A DNA stretch of 64,000 nucleotides. It comes from Acidobacteriota bacterium. GTDB lineage: Bacteria; Acidobacteriota; UBA6911; RPQK01; CBDAPI01. The notes under the pieces are model-generated. The model was given only the letters and a program-made list of their open reading frames with translations. It was not told the origin of the DNA and searched no databases. Location: the NCBI GenBank assembly GCA_965197285.1, contig OZ240092.1, positions 4,726,335-4,790,334 of the forward strand. The letters are read 5' to 3'. Position numbers and translations under genes: made by a program. This document shows positions 1-9,900 of the stretch, one piece after another. The stretch's first letter is position 1; each line of letters begins with the position of its first letter.

Positions 1-369
1 ACCCTTGATGGCCCAGGTGCGGATCTCTCGCTGCTTGGAGTAGAGGAACTGTGGGTGCAGGCCGAGAAGGCCCAGAATCTCTCTGGTTTCCTCGGGACGG
101 GTGACTGCGGTCTCGATCTCGGGGCGTTTCTTCAGAAGCGGGTCGTCTTCAACTTTCCCCTTGAAAGTGAGCACGCTCGTGCCCCCGTACGAGCGCAGAC
201 GAAGAGCACAGCCGGTCTCCTGCAGTCTGTGGTCGGAGTAATCAAAAAGGATATTGACCTCGGTCTGGCTTTGGGTCCTCAGGCGGCTGCCCAGCTGTTG
301 CAGCCTGCCTCGAACGGCTCGAAAGTCATCCGGCGTCAATCTCACTTTCAATTCCGTCTCAGTAGCCAT
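1..369 (-). CDS. CYTH domain protein (CyaB/thiamine-triphosphatase-like), partial; 3' end lies beyond the window
   Basis: Reverse-complement translation from the ATG at 369-367 gives MATETELKVRLTPDDFRAVRGRLQQLGSRL...KQREIRTWAIKG. This matches the CYTH N-terminal E-x-E-x-K pattern and fold outline. It was absent from the ORF track because it runs off the window edge. The listed + ORF 55..378 is its antisense shadow. Confidence 0.5.
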   Translation of the reverse strand, partial: MATETELKVRLTPDDFRAVRGRLQQLGSRLRTQSQTEVNILFDYSDHRLQETGCALRLRSYGGTSVLTFKGKVEDDPLLKKRPEIETAVTRPEETREILGLLGLHPQFLYSKQREIRTWAIKG

Positions 370-384
370 CGATTCTAGTCAATT

Positions 385-1554
385 CTAGTAAAGCAGATAA
401 CCGGTCCTGATCTGTTTGAAACGGTCCAGGCCCGCCTGCCAGCTTGCTTCGATGCTTGCCAGATCGCACCCGGCCTCGATCTGCAGGCGAATCGAATCGG
501 TTCCGCACAGGATGTCAAAGGGCAGCTTTTCAAATTCGTACTCGTAGGGCGGGTCTAGCCAGGCGAAGCGATCCGGTTCGAGTGACCGATAAGCCATCAG
601 CAACCCCAGGCCAGTCCGGAAAGGCCTGAAGCTGCGCCGATCTGTAACGTGAATCTGGACGCCGCCAAGCAGGTCCCCCTTCCACTTGTGAAAGGTCGGT
701 ACGGTGAAAACAGGCCGAAACGTGGCTGTCTCCGGGTCAAGAGCCTGGAGCAGAGGCGGCAGCCTCTCGGGTCGCACCCAGGGGGCGCCGCTTATTTCGA
801 AGGGGCGAGTGGTCCCCCTGCCCTCCGAGAGATTGGTCCCTTCCAGGATCACCACGCCCGGGTAGACCAGAGCGGTATCCGGGGTGGGGAGGTTGGGAGA
901 CGGCATGACCCAGGGCAGCCCGGTGTCGGCAAAAAACATGTGGCGCCGCCACCCCGACATGGGGACCACCTGAAGGCGGCAGCCGATGCGCATCTCCTCA
1001 TTGAAGTAGCGGGCCAGCTCTCCGATGGTCAACCCGTGCCGGATGGGTAGTGGATAGAGTCCAACGAAGGAGGAAAACTCGGATTCCAGCACGGGGCCCT
1101 CGACATCGGCCCCGTTGATGGGATTGGGACGATCCAGGACGATGACCTCCACGTCGGCCTCCCGACAGGCCTCCATCGCCAGCGCCATGGTGTAAATGTA
1201 GGTGTAGATCCGAGCACCCACATCCTGCATGTCAATGACAAGTGCATCGATTTCGCCGAGCATCCGGGGCGTTGGTTTTCTGGTGTGCGAATACAGGCTG
1301 AAGACAGGCAGGCCTGTGACCGGGTCGCGGTAATCCTGCCACTCGATCATGTTGTCCTGGGTCTCTCCCCGGACCCCGTGCTGAGGTCCCATCACGGTCG
1401 TGACGGTGATCTCCGGATGGCTCCAGGCGAGGTCCACGATGTGACGAAGTTGGCGATCGACCGACGTTTGATTGGAAAGAATTCCGATTCGTTTTCCCCG
1501 CAGCAGGTCGAGGTGGTCCCGGAGCAGGATCTCGAGCCCGGGAGCGACGCTCAT
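385..1554 (-). CDS. DUF1343 family protein (exo-beta-N-acetylmuramidase NamZ-like)
   Basis: 389 aa with DUF1343-like sequence over the whole length (e.g. ...IGILSNQTS..., ...VIVLDRPNPINGADVEGP...). It overlaps the upstream gene with an ATGA junction at 1551-1554, which suggests an operon. Confidence 0.7.
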   Translation of the reverse strand: MSVAPGLEILLRDHLDLLRGKRIGILSNQTSVDRQLRHIVDLAWSHPEITVTTVMGPQHGVRGETQDNMIEWQDYRDPVTGLPVFSLYSHTRKPTPRMLGEIDALVIDMQDVGARIYTYIYTMALAMEACREADVEVIVLDRPNPINGADVEGPVLESEFSSFVGLYPLPIRHGLTIGELARYFNEEMRIGCRLQVVPMSGWRRHMFFADTGLPWVMPSPNLPTPDTALVYPGVVILEGTNLSEGRGTTRPFEISGAPWVRPERLPPLLQALDPETATFRPVFTVPTFHKWKGDLLGGVQIHVTDRRSFRPFRTGLGLLMAYRSLEPDRFAWLDPPYEYEFEKLPFDILCGTDSIRLQIEAGCDLASIEASWQAGLDRFKQIRTGYLLY

Positions 1555-2450
1555 ATCGCTTTTCGGCCCGCGGACGCGACCGGACTGTAAAACCGGATCG
1601 GCTCGACCCTGGGAATGACTCCCAGATCCCGGGCATACTCGAAGAAGATTTCCAGACCTCGCAGGTGCACCTCATCCAGCCGGTAGTCGAGGTTGTCGAG
1701 CAGGTAACTGGAGATCAGGTCTGCCGAGAGTCCCAGCTTCCGTGAATACATCGCAGCAATTGCAGAGACCGACTGTAGTCCGGCCTCCCTGGAGAGCAAG
1801 AACAGCCCGGCTCTGCTTCCCAGATCGACCCCGTCGCGAACCGCCCACAGGGCAAAGACAAAGGGCAGTCCCGTAAAGCGATGCCACTCACCGGCCAGAT
1901 CGTGGACGAAGAATCGATCGCGCGGAACCCGAAAGGCGGGATTCCCAATGATGAGGGCGCCGTCGAAGCGAGAGAGCATCCCCTCGGGGTCCGGTTCATG
2001 AGGATGATACGAAATGTCTTGCCGACCCAGAAATCTTTCCAGGATGATGCGCAGCAGGACAACCGAGGTACGGCTGGAAGTGTCCAGGGCAATGGTCTCG
2101 ACCTGCTCCAGGGGCACCCGCGAGGCGAACAGCACGGTTCGCGCCTCCCGACACGAGGAAATCGAGAGGTCGGGCAGGATCCGCAGTCCCGGGATTCGCT
2201 GGTACTCGATGGCGGGGATGAGCCCGACATCGGCCTGCCCGGTGGTCATATGGTCGGCACACTCGGACGGAAGGGCAACCTTCAGGTCGAACTCTTTCTG
2301 GTGAGGGCCCTTCAGGAACGTCCACCCCAGCGGAACGGAATTGAGAAACTCGATAAAGGAAACACGAATCCTCTGGTTCTCGGGCACGGGTTTCCACTTT
2401 ACCAGGGGTCCAACGGTCGCTGGAACCCAAAAAGAGGCCGCGGTTCGCAC
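1551..2450 (-). CDS. mqnA: Chorismate dehydratase MqnA-like (futalosine menaquinone pathway, VitK2_biosynth/DUF178 family). True start is probably the GTG at 2387
   Basis: IRVSFIEFLNSVPLGW...SISSCREARTVLFAS...ALIIGNPAF matches the MqnA/MqnD family layout. The listed ORF has a 21-aa N-terminal extension before the conserved IRV-G-I-x-Y/F-LN start. Starting at the GTG at 2387 leaves a 92-nt divergent intergenic gap to dprA. menG/ubiE at 62115 supports menaquinone biosynthesis. Confidence 0.55.
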   Translation of the reverse strand: MRTAASFWVPATVGPLVKWKPVPENQRIRVSFIEFLNSVPLGWTFLKGPHQKEFDLKVALPSECADHMTTGQADVGLIPAIEYQRIPGLRILPDLSISSCREARTVLFASRVPLEQVETIALDTSSRTSVVLLRIILERFLGRQDISYHPHEPDPEGMLSRFDGALIIGNPAFRVPRDRFFVHDLAGEWHRFTGLPFVFALWAVRDGVDLGSRAGLFLLSREAGLQSVSAIAAMYSRKLGLSADLISSYLLDNLDYRLDEVHLRGLEIFFEYARDLGVIPRVEPIRFYSPVASAGRKAI

Positions 2451-2479
2451 TCTCGAGAGGCGTCGGCGTTATAGGTTGT

Positions 2480-3616
2480 GTGAACCGGGAAACCTTTTCC
2501 TGTCTGGCGCTTTCACTGATTCCGGGTCTGGCAAGAAGAAAGATTCATCGGTTGATCGACAGTTGTGGCGCACCCAGCCGCATTCTGGAAGCCGGCAGGG
2601 AGGCGATGCTGAGGGCTGGACTGGCCGTTTCTGACATAAACTCGATTCTCTCCGGGAGTGTTCTAAAAGAGGCAAGACTCGAGGCTGAACGTGCCGGCAA
2701 GGCCGGGGTCGAAATCATCTCCGCATACGAAGAGGGCTTTCCACCGCTGCTGAAGGAAATCGATGACGCGCCCGTAGCCCTCTATTGCCTCGGCGATACC
2801 TCTGCTCTGCAGGGACCGGGGGTGGCCATTGTGGGTTCCCGGAAATGTTCTGTTTACGGCCGTGAAGTCAGTAGAAGATTCGCCGGCGAACTGGCCGCAG
2901 GCGGCCTCACCATCGTAAGTGGCCTGGCCCGGGGCATCGACTCGGCGGCCCACCTTGGAGCCGTGGGAGTGGAAGGCCGCACGGTTGGGGTGCTTGGCTG
3001 CGGCGTGGATGTCGTTTACCCAAGGGAGAATAAGAAGCTCTTTTCCCAGGTTCGCGAGTCGGGGTGTCTGGTCAGCGAGTTTCGGCTGGGAGCTTATCCG
3101 GTGCCCCGGAACTTTCCGGTTCGCAACCGCTTGATCAGCGGGCTCTGCTACGGAACCGTGATTGTTGAGGCGACCGAGTTCTCCGGATCTCTGATTACGG
3201 CCCGCCTGTCGCTGGAGCAGAACCGTGAAGTCTGGGCCATCCCGGGAAACATCACGTCTGCACGGAGCTACGGGCCCAACTATCTGATCAGGCAGGGCGC
3301 CAGGCCGGCCCTTTGCCCCCAGGATGTCCTGGAAGATCTTCCGGCGGACGTGCTGGTTGGTCTCAAGCAGCGAGCCGAGCGGGGTCGGGCCCTTCACGCC
3401 AGCGGCACGAAACACTGGAACGTGCGTCCCCATCTGAACGACGCGGAAAAGGAAATTTTGAAACTTCTGGCCGTGGACCGCGCTCTTCACATAGATTGGA
3501 TCGTCGACCAGATCGACGAAAAGCCCGAGCGTCTGATCGCGATTCTGCTGGACCTGGAACTAAAGGGGCTGATCCGGCAGTTACCGGGAAAGCGGTTCTC
3601 CGTGAGGCTGTCCTAG
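2480..3616 (+). CDS. dprA: DNA processing protein DprA (Smf)
   Basis: 378 aa. Rossmann-like DprA core (VAIVGSRKCSVYGREV...GLARGIDSAAH...GVDVVYPREN) plus a C-terminal winged-helix tail. It sits in the conserved position next to topA. Confidence 0.85.
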   Translation: MNRETFSCLALSLIPGLARRKIHRLIDSCGAPSRILEAGREAMLRAGLAVSDINSILSGSVLKEARLEAERAGKAGVEIISAYEEGFPPLLKEIDDAPVALYCLGDTSALQGPGVAIVGSRKCSVYGREVSRRFAGELAAGGLTIVSGLARGIDSAAHLGAVGVEGRTVGVLGCGVDVVYPRENKKLFSQVRESGCLVSEFRLGAYPVPRNFPVRNRLISGLCYGTVIVEATEFSGSLITARLSLEQNREVWAIPGNITSARSYGPNYLIRQGARPALCPQDVLEDLPADVLVGLKQRAERGRALHASGTKHWNVRPHLNDAEKEILKLLAVDRALHIDWIVDQIDEKPERLIAILLDLELKGLIRQLPGKRFSVRLS

Positions 3617-3619
3617 ACC

Positions 3620-4265
3620 CGTAAGGAGTCCCCCCGGCTCTGCCGGGGAGGCAGCCAGAGTTTGACAGTTCCGGGAATAGGTGAAAAAACTCCCTTCCGT
3701 GAGCCGAGCAAAGCATCACGAAAAGGAGTTTTATGAGTAACTACAAGAGCTTACAGCATACAAAATGGGAGTGTAAGTACCATGTGGTGTTCATCCCCAA
3801 GTACCGCAAGAAGTTGATTTATGGGGAGCTGCGCAGACATCTCGGTCAGGTGCTGCGACGGTTGGCTGGGCAGAAGGAAAGCTTGATTGAAGAGGGCCAC
3901 CTGCTGCCGGATCACGTGCACGTGATGATCTCGATTCCGCCAAAGTTTTCTGTGGCGCAGGTGATCGGGCACATCAAAGGGAAAAGCGCCATCCACATTG
4001 CGAGGAACTTTTCAGAGAGTCGGCGTAACTTTGTTGGACAGCACTTCTGGGCTCGCGGATACTTCGTATCGACGGTGGGTCGGGATGAGAAAGTGATTCG
4101 TGAGTATATCCGGCGGCAAGAAGCAGAAGATCGTCGCCAGGATCAGCTCAGGCTGCTGTAGCCAAGCCACCTGTAGGTGGCACAAGTGGCCGCGGTAGCG
4201 GCAACGTCAAGTCCGCTTTGAGCGGCTCACAAGATTAAAGCCCCCGGCTTTGCCGGGGGATACTT
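3620..4265 (+). mobile_element. IS200/IS605-family element carrying tnpA only (IS200 type), inserted between dprA and topA
   Basis: A Y1 HUH transposase ORF is flanked by subterminal perfect palindromes: CCCCGGCTCTGCCGGGG at 3632-3648 and CCCCCGGCTTTGCCGGGGG at 4241-4259, plus CCACCTGTAGGTGG at about 4168-4181. These are typical IS200 end hairpins. The boundaries are approximate. Confidence 0.7.
3733..4161 (+). CDS. tnpA: IS200/IS605 family transposase TnpA (Y1 HUH transposase)
   Basis: 142 aa. HUH motif HLLPDHVHVMISIPPK and the catalytic Tyr region ...GQHFWARGYFVSTVG. No tnpB is present downstream. Confidence 0.85.
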   Translation: MSNYKSLQHTKWECKYHVVFIPKYRKKLIYGELRRHLGQVLRRLAGQKESLIEEGHLLPDHVHVMISIPPKFSVAQVIGHIKGKSAIHIARNFSESRRNFVGQHFWARGYFVSTVGRDEKVIREYIRRQEAEDRRQDQLRLL

Positions 4266-4428
4266 ACTGTAGGTACTAGCGTCGGGCAACTCTGCATCGG
4301 GGCGGGGTGTTTGGATCAAATGTCGGCCTTTCACTGACTCAGATGCAGACCTATGCTATAGATTAAATTAAGGAGCTTCGAGCAGCTGTGAACGAACGAG
4401 AACCAATTTGGGGGAGGAATGAACGCTG

Positions 4429-6852
4429 ATGCCTAAGTCGATGGTCGTGGTTGAATCGCCAGCCAAGGCCCGGACGATTGAGCGCTACCTGGGTCGCGAC
4501 TATATCGTGAAGGCCTGTTCAGGGCATATCAAGGATCTCCCCAAGGACAAGCTGGCGGTCGAGGTCAAGCGCGACTTCGAGCCCACGTACAAGCTGATCC
4601 CCGGTAAAGAGAAGATTGTCCGCGACCTGAGGAAGGTCGCCCGCCGGGCCGACACGATCTATCTTGCGGCGGATCCGGATCGCGAGGGCGAGGCCATTTG
4701 CCAGCACCTGGCCGAAGAACTCAAGAAGTCCAAAGGTCAGGAGATTCGGCGGGTTCTTTTCAACGAAATCACCAAGAAAGCGGTTCTGGAGGCTTTCGAC
4801 CGGGCCGGGAGCATTGATGCCGACAAGGTTGCGGCCCAGCAGGCTCGCCGAATTCTGGATCGTCTGGTCGGGTACAAGGTCAGTCCTCTCTTGTGGAGGA
4901 ACGTGCGGCGGGGGTTGTCGGCGGGGCGTGTCCAGTCCGTAGCGCTGCGCATGATCGTAGACCGTGAAAAGGAACGCGACGCTTTCGTCCAGGAGGAGTA
5001 CTGGAACTTCTCGGCCCGGTTACGGGCCGCAACGCCTCCGGCTTTCGTGGCGAGAGCCGTCAGGCTGGACGGCAAGAAGTTCAAGATCCCGAACCAGGAA
5101 GACGCCGAGCGCCTGCTGGCGGATCTGCGAGGGGGTGAATTTGTCGTCTCCTCGGTTCAGACGAAGAAAAAGACACGTCGGCCGGCAGCTCCCTTCATCA
5201 CCAGTACGCTGCAACAGGAGGCGTCCCGGAGGCTGCGCTTCTCGGTAAAGAAGACAATGAGCCTGGCCCAGGATCTCTATGAAGGAATCCGGCTGGGCGA
5301 TCAGGGGAGAGTCGGGTTGATTACTTATATGCGAACCGACTCGACCCGGCTGTCACAACAGGCCCTGAGCGAAGTGCGCCAGTTCATCGAAGGGTCCTAT
5401 GGAAAGCGCTACGTGCCGTCCCGGCCGGCCGTCTTTCAAAAGAAAAAGGGGGCCCAGGACGCTCACGAAGCTATCCGGCCGACCTCTGCCGTGCGAACTC
5501 CCGAGGCTTTGAGGGGCGTGCTCACGCGCGACCAGTTGAGACTCTACGAATTGATCTGGAGGCGCTTCGCGGCCTGTCAGATGCAGCCGGCCCTCTTCGA
5601 CCGGACTGAGATTGAGATCAAAGCTCCGAGAACCCTGTTCAGGGCCACCGGTGACGTTCTCAAGTTCGACGGGTTCCTCAAGGTCTACGAGGTGAAACCC
5701 GATAAGAAGGGCGATGGGAACGAGGCGGGTGAAGAGGCGCGACTTCCGAGGGTTCAAGCGGGTGAAGTCCTTTCCGTGCTCGAGCTCCTGCACGAGCAGA
5801 AGTTCACGCAGCCCCCTCCCCGCTATTCCGAGGCGACCCTGGTCAAGGCCCTTGAGGAGAGGGGGATCGGCCGTCCCTCCACTTACGCTCAGACCCTGAG
5901 CAAGATTCAGGATCGGGAGTACGTGGCCAGGAAGGAACGCAAGTTCATTCCCACCGAAACCGGGACGGTCGTTTCCGAACTGCTGGTGAATCACTTCGAA
6001 GATCTCTTCGACTACGATTACACGGCGCGCCTGGAGGAGGAACTGGACAACATCGAGAGGGGAGATCGAGACTGGGTGGACGCCCTGCGCACCTTCTACC
6101 AGGGTTTCTCGAGGGAACTGGCGGAAGCTTCAGAGCGCATGAAGAACCTGAAGAGGGAGGAGATTCCGGCTGGCATCGATTGCGATAAATGCGGCTCTCC
6201 CATGGTTGTGAAATGGGGGCGCTTCGGCCGTTTCATCGCCTGCGGGAACTACCCGGAGTGCAGGAACACGCGAGAACTGCCAAGAGAAGAGACCGATAGT
6301 GAGCCTGCACTGGACGATCAGACCTGTGACAAATGCGACCGCCCGATGGTCAAAAAGCGCGGGCGGTTCGGGGAGTTCCTGGCATGTTCCGGGTACCCGG
6401 AATGCCGCAACACCCGGCGCATCGTCCAGGTCGGCGACCACGTCGAGGTAAAGACCGACAGGAAGCTGGATGAGCAGTGCCCCAAGTGCGGGGAGCATCT
6501 GGTGGCCAAGCAGGGGCGCTTCGGCGAGTTCGTGGCCTGCAGCGGTTATCCTGACTGCCGCTATATTCGCCGTGAGACTACCGGCGTCACGTGCTCGAAG
6601 TGCAAAAAAGGGGAGATGATACAGCGCAAGTCGAAGCGAGGTCGCGTCTTTTACAGCTGCGATCGATACCCGAAATGCAAAAACCTGCTCTGGCAAAAAC
6701 CCGTGCCGGAACCCTGCCCGCAGTGCGAGAGCCCTTTTCTGCTTGAACGTCAGACGAAGCGCGAGGGCCTGATCCGGATCTGCAGCGACAAGAAATGCGA
6801 TTACAAACGGGTCCTTGATCAACCCGAGACCCCCGTCGAGCAGCCGACCTGA
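4429..6852 (+). CDS. topA: DNA topoisomerase I with four C-terminal C4 zinc-ribbon repeats
   Basis: 807 aa. TOPRIM N-terminus (MVVVESPAKARTIERYLG), the active-site region, and four repeats of C-x2-C...GRFG-F-AC-GYP-C zinc ribbons. Confidence 0.9.
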   Translation: MPKSMVVVESPAKARTIERYLGRDYIVKACSGHIKDLPKDKLAVEVKRDFEPTYKLIPGKEKIVRDLRKVARRADTIYLAADPDREGEAICQHLAEELKKSKGQEIRRVLFNEITKKAVLEAFDRAGSIDADKVAAQQARRILDRLVGYKVSPLLWRNVRRGLSAGRVQSVALRMIVDREKERDAFVQEEYWNFSARLRAATPPAFVARAVRLDGKKFKIPNQEDAERLLADLRGGEFVVSSVQTKKKTRRPAAPFITSTLQQEASRRLRFSVKKTMSLAQDLYEGIRLGDQGRVGLITYMRTDSTRLSQQALSEVRQFIEGSYGKRYVPSRPAVFQKKKGAQDAHEAIRPTSAVRTPEALRGVLTRDQLRLYELIWRRFAACQMQPALFDRTEIEIKAPRTLFRATGDVLKFDGFLKVYEVKPDKKGDGNEAGEEARLPRVQAGEVLSVLELLHEQKFTQPPPRYSEATLVKALEERGIGRPSTYAQTLSKIQDREYVARKERKFIPTETGTVVSELLVNHFEDLFDYDYTARLEEELDNIERGDRDWVDALRTFYQGFSRELAEASERMKNLKREEIPAGIDCDKCGSPMVVKWGRFGRFIACGNYPECRNTRELPREETDSEPALDDQTCDKCDRPMVKKRGRFGEFLACSGYPECRNTRRIVQVGDHVEVKTDRKLDEQCPKCGEHLVAKQGRFGEFVACSGYPDCRYIRRETTGVTCSKCKKGEMIQRKSKRGRVFYSCDRYPKCKNLLWQKPVPEPCPQCESPFLLERQTKREGLIRICSDKKCDYKRVLDQPETPVEQPT

Positions 6853-6975
6853 GGCGCCGACCCCAGCCGCTTTTTGTCAATAAAAAGTATCGCGTGTTAG
6901 ACTTGGTGCCCGTGTCTGCTTAGGGAAGATCACGTAACCCCGGCAGGGCCCTGCGGCAGCCGGTGCATCTAGGTT

Positions 6976-9900
6976 ATGCAAGTTGGAAGATGTAGACCTC
7001 TAGTGCGGGCTACACTAGCCCTGTCAGCGCTTCTTTTCGCTTCTCTGGCCTGTCTCCAGGCGGCCAGTGTCCTCGACTTTCCCAGACTCTCCAACCAGTC
7101 GGGAAGCATTGTAGGTGTCGTCATCGTGAATCCGGGTGGTGTTGACGCACCGGTTGACGTCACCGCCTATGGGGCGGGGGGACAGATTCTGAGTGTCGCT
7201 CAGGTGATGGTCCCGGCCGGGCAGCGCCTGGGCTTCCTGACCTCGGGTCTTTTTCCCGATCTCGAGGCCGATGTCGTGGGCTGGTTCCAGGCAGTCAGTG
7301 ATGTATCCGGTCTGACCGGTTTTTTCCTGTTCTTGAACAGCGACCCGAGCGAACTGGATGGCGCCGACCTTCCGATCCGGGACCGGGACATTGTCTTCAA
7401 CAAGATCCAGATTGAAGGAGATTTGAGCACTGAGCTCAACATCGTCAACCCGGGCGGCGCCTCCATCGAAGTGAGACTAACGCTGATCGGGGCCGCCGAT
7501 CCGGTGGAGAGGGTGCTGGATCTGGCTGCCCTGGGGGCGGCCAGACTCGATGTGGCAAGCTTTTTTGGGGTCAACCAGGTTGCTCCCGGGGCCTATGTCA
7601 TCGTCAATGCGCCCGAGGACATAGTGGGGTTCGAGTTTATCCGCCGCCAGGGGGCTGACCTGCAGGGTCTCAATGCCCGCAGTGCCGAGGAGTTTCTCAA
7701 TACTCTCTATTTTGCCCAGATGGCTGTCCTCGGTCCTTTCGAGGCGGAACTCGGAGGGGTGAATTACTCGGGTGAGCCGGTCATTGTTGTGGTTACGGCA
7801 CACAAGCCCGACGGGAGCCTTTATATCGAAGAAACGCAGCAGAACCCGGTCACGATCGCCCTCGAGGCCGGTGCCGGCCAGAACCGCGATCTGGCGCTGC
7901 TGTTCGGGTTCCAGGGAGATTCGGTGCTGCAAGGCTGGCTGGAGGTCACGGCCAACACGGAAGCCATCAACGGGCAGCTGACCTACCGCGTGGTCGGCTC
8001 TGGCGCAGCAGCAGCCGTCGCTGTAGTGCCCCAGGGCAGTAAGGCCTCCATTTTTGCCCATGTGGCCACGACTCTCGGATTTTTTACCGGGCTTGCGGCG
8101 CTCAATTCGGCAGCGCTTCCGGCCACGGTTGAAATCGCGGTCTTCGATTCGGAAGGAAGCTTTCTGGGAGGCTTCACGACGGTGCTCAATCCCGGTGTCA
8201 GAATCAGCGAGCTGATTACGGATCTGGTGCCCGAAGCAGCCGAATTGGCGGGCGGGTTTATCTGGCTCAGGAGCAACGTGCCCCTGTTTCTAAGCGCCTT
8301 GTTTGGATCGGTCGAGGGCGACGTTCTGGCTAATGTTCCCGCCCAGGACGTCTCCCAGAACTTCGACCCGGCCCAGGGACTGTTGGAAATCAAGATCAAT
8401 CCTCCGCTGGCCGTCCTTTCCCCCACCAATGCTCAGGGCTTTTCGGTCGAAGGCGCTTCGGGGGCTGTTTCGTGGACGGTGAACGACATCCCCGGCGGCT
8501 CCGCCGAGTTTGGCACCATATCAGGATCGGGGGTTTACACGGCTCCCGCCATTCTGGTTCCAGACCTCCCCATCACGGTGTCGGCGAGAAGCGGTATCCA
8601 GAGTGCGGGGGCAGGGGTTGACGTGATCTCCGAGCAGCAACTGGTAGGCGATCTGGGCATTGTCCAGTCGGTCGCCTACCTGGCCGGTCTGGACCGGCTT
8701 TATTCCGCGGAACTGACGGTTCTCGGAGAGCCGGCCGGGAACCGGCAGCCGGCCGGGTCTCTGGACAGTTCGGTCAATGACATTACGCCTCCCGATACCC
8801 CTGTCCAGATCACCGGGCTGGACGACACGATCACTCAGATCATCGCCTTTGTCGCCAGCGATGGGCGGGAGTATCTGCTTTTTTGCGCCAGCGAGTCCGG
8901 CACCGTTCAGCGGCTGGATCCGGTCTCCGGCTCAACCACCATCGTGGCCAGCGGCTTGAATGCTCCCCAGGCGATTGCTTTCGACGAATTCAGCGAAAAC
9001 CTGCTGGTGGCGGAAGTGGACCAGATCTCGACGATTCCACGGTCGGAGCTCGAGCAGGGACTCTCCCCGGCCGCGATCGAAGAGGAGGCGTCCCGGGTCC
9101 CCACCTCGGCATTGATTCCTAGCGAAGGGGTCGGAGGCGTCCAGGTAGATCGCTGCAATGGAAACATCTATTTCTCGGTGCCGATTCTAGGAGTGGTCTT
9201 CAGCTTCAACCGGGCCAACGGTTCGATCTCGATCCTCGCCTCCGGCTTGAACCAACCCGGACAGCTGCTGATTCTCTACCGGCGCGGGATGACCTGCTCG
9301 GATTCCACCCATCTGTTCGTGGCTGAGGCCGATCAGGTTTCAATGATCATTCCAAGCACCGGACAGTTGATTCGTCCCTGGCTGGAGACCGGCGGAAAGC
9401 CGGTGGCGCTCGTATTCATCCCGGCGGGGAGTATCATCACCGATCAGGCTGGGTTGCTGATCACCAATCTGGATGTCGACTCAGCCACTTCGGAGGCCGT
9501 CATCCTCTTTCTTCCCGATCTCTACGGACCCGGTCCGGTGAATCCTCCGGTGACCCAGACCACCAGTGAAGGAGAAACCACCGAGCCGGGGCCGGACATT
9601 GCCATCGCAGGAGCGACGGGCCAGCTTGCCGGCAATACCACCGTGACCGCATTCTTCCGGCCTGGTCCTGCGGGTGGTGGTCCCGGTGCCGGGCCGGACC
9701 AGATCGCGGCCATGGCGTTCTCGATTGACTACGATCAAACCAAACTGGCCTTCAACCCCAGCGACGGCAACGGCGACGGAGTCCCGGACGCCATTATTCC
9801 CAGCCTGCCGGGCGCCTTTGAATTGACCGTGCTGTTCGATCCTGGAGATACGACGGGAGAAATCGACATCGTTATCGTAGATCTGGATGGCGCGATGGCG

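Noticed and set aside
55-378. + strand ORF of 107 aa at the window start
   Set aside because: It lies entirely antisense to the CYTH-domain gene, whose minus-strand translation has a clear family signature. It has no recognisable features of its own.
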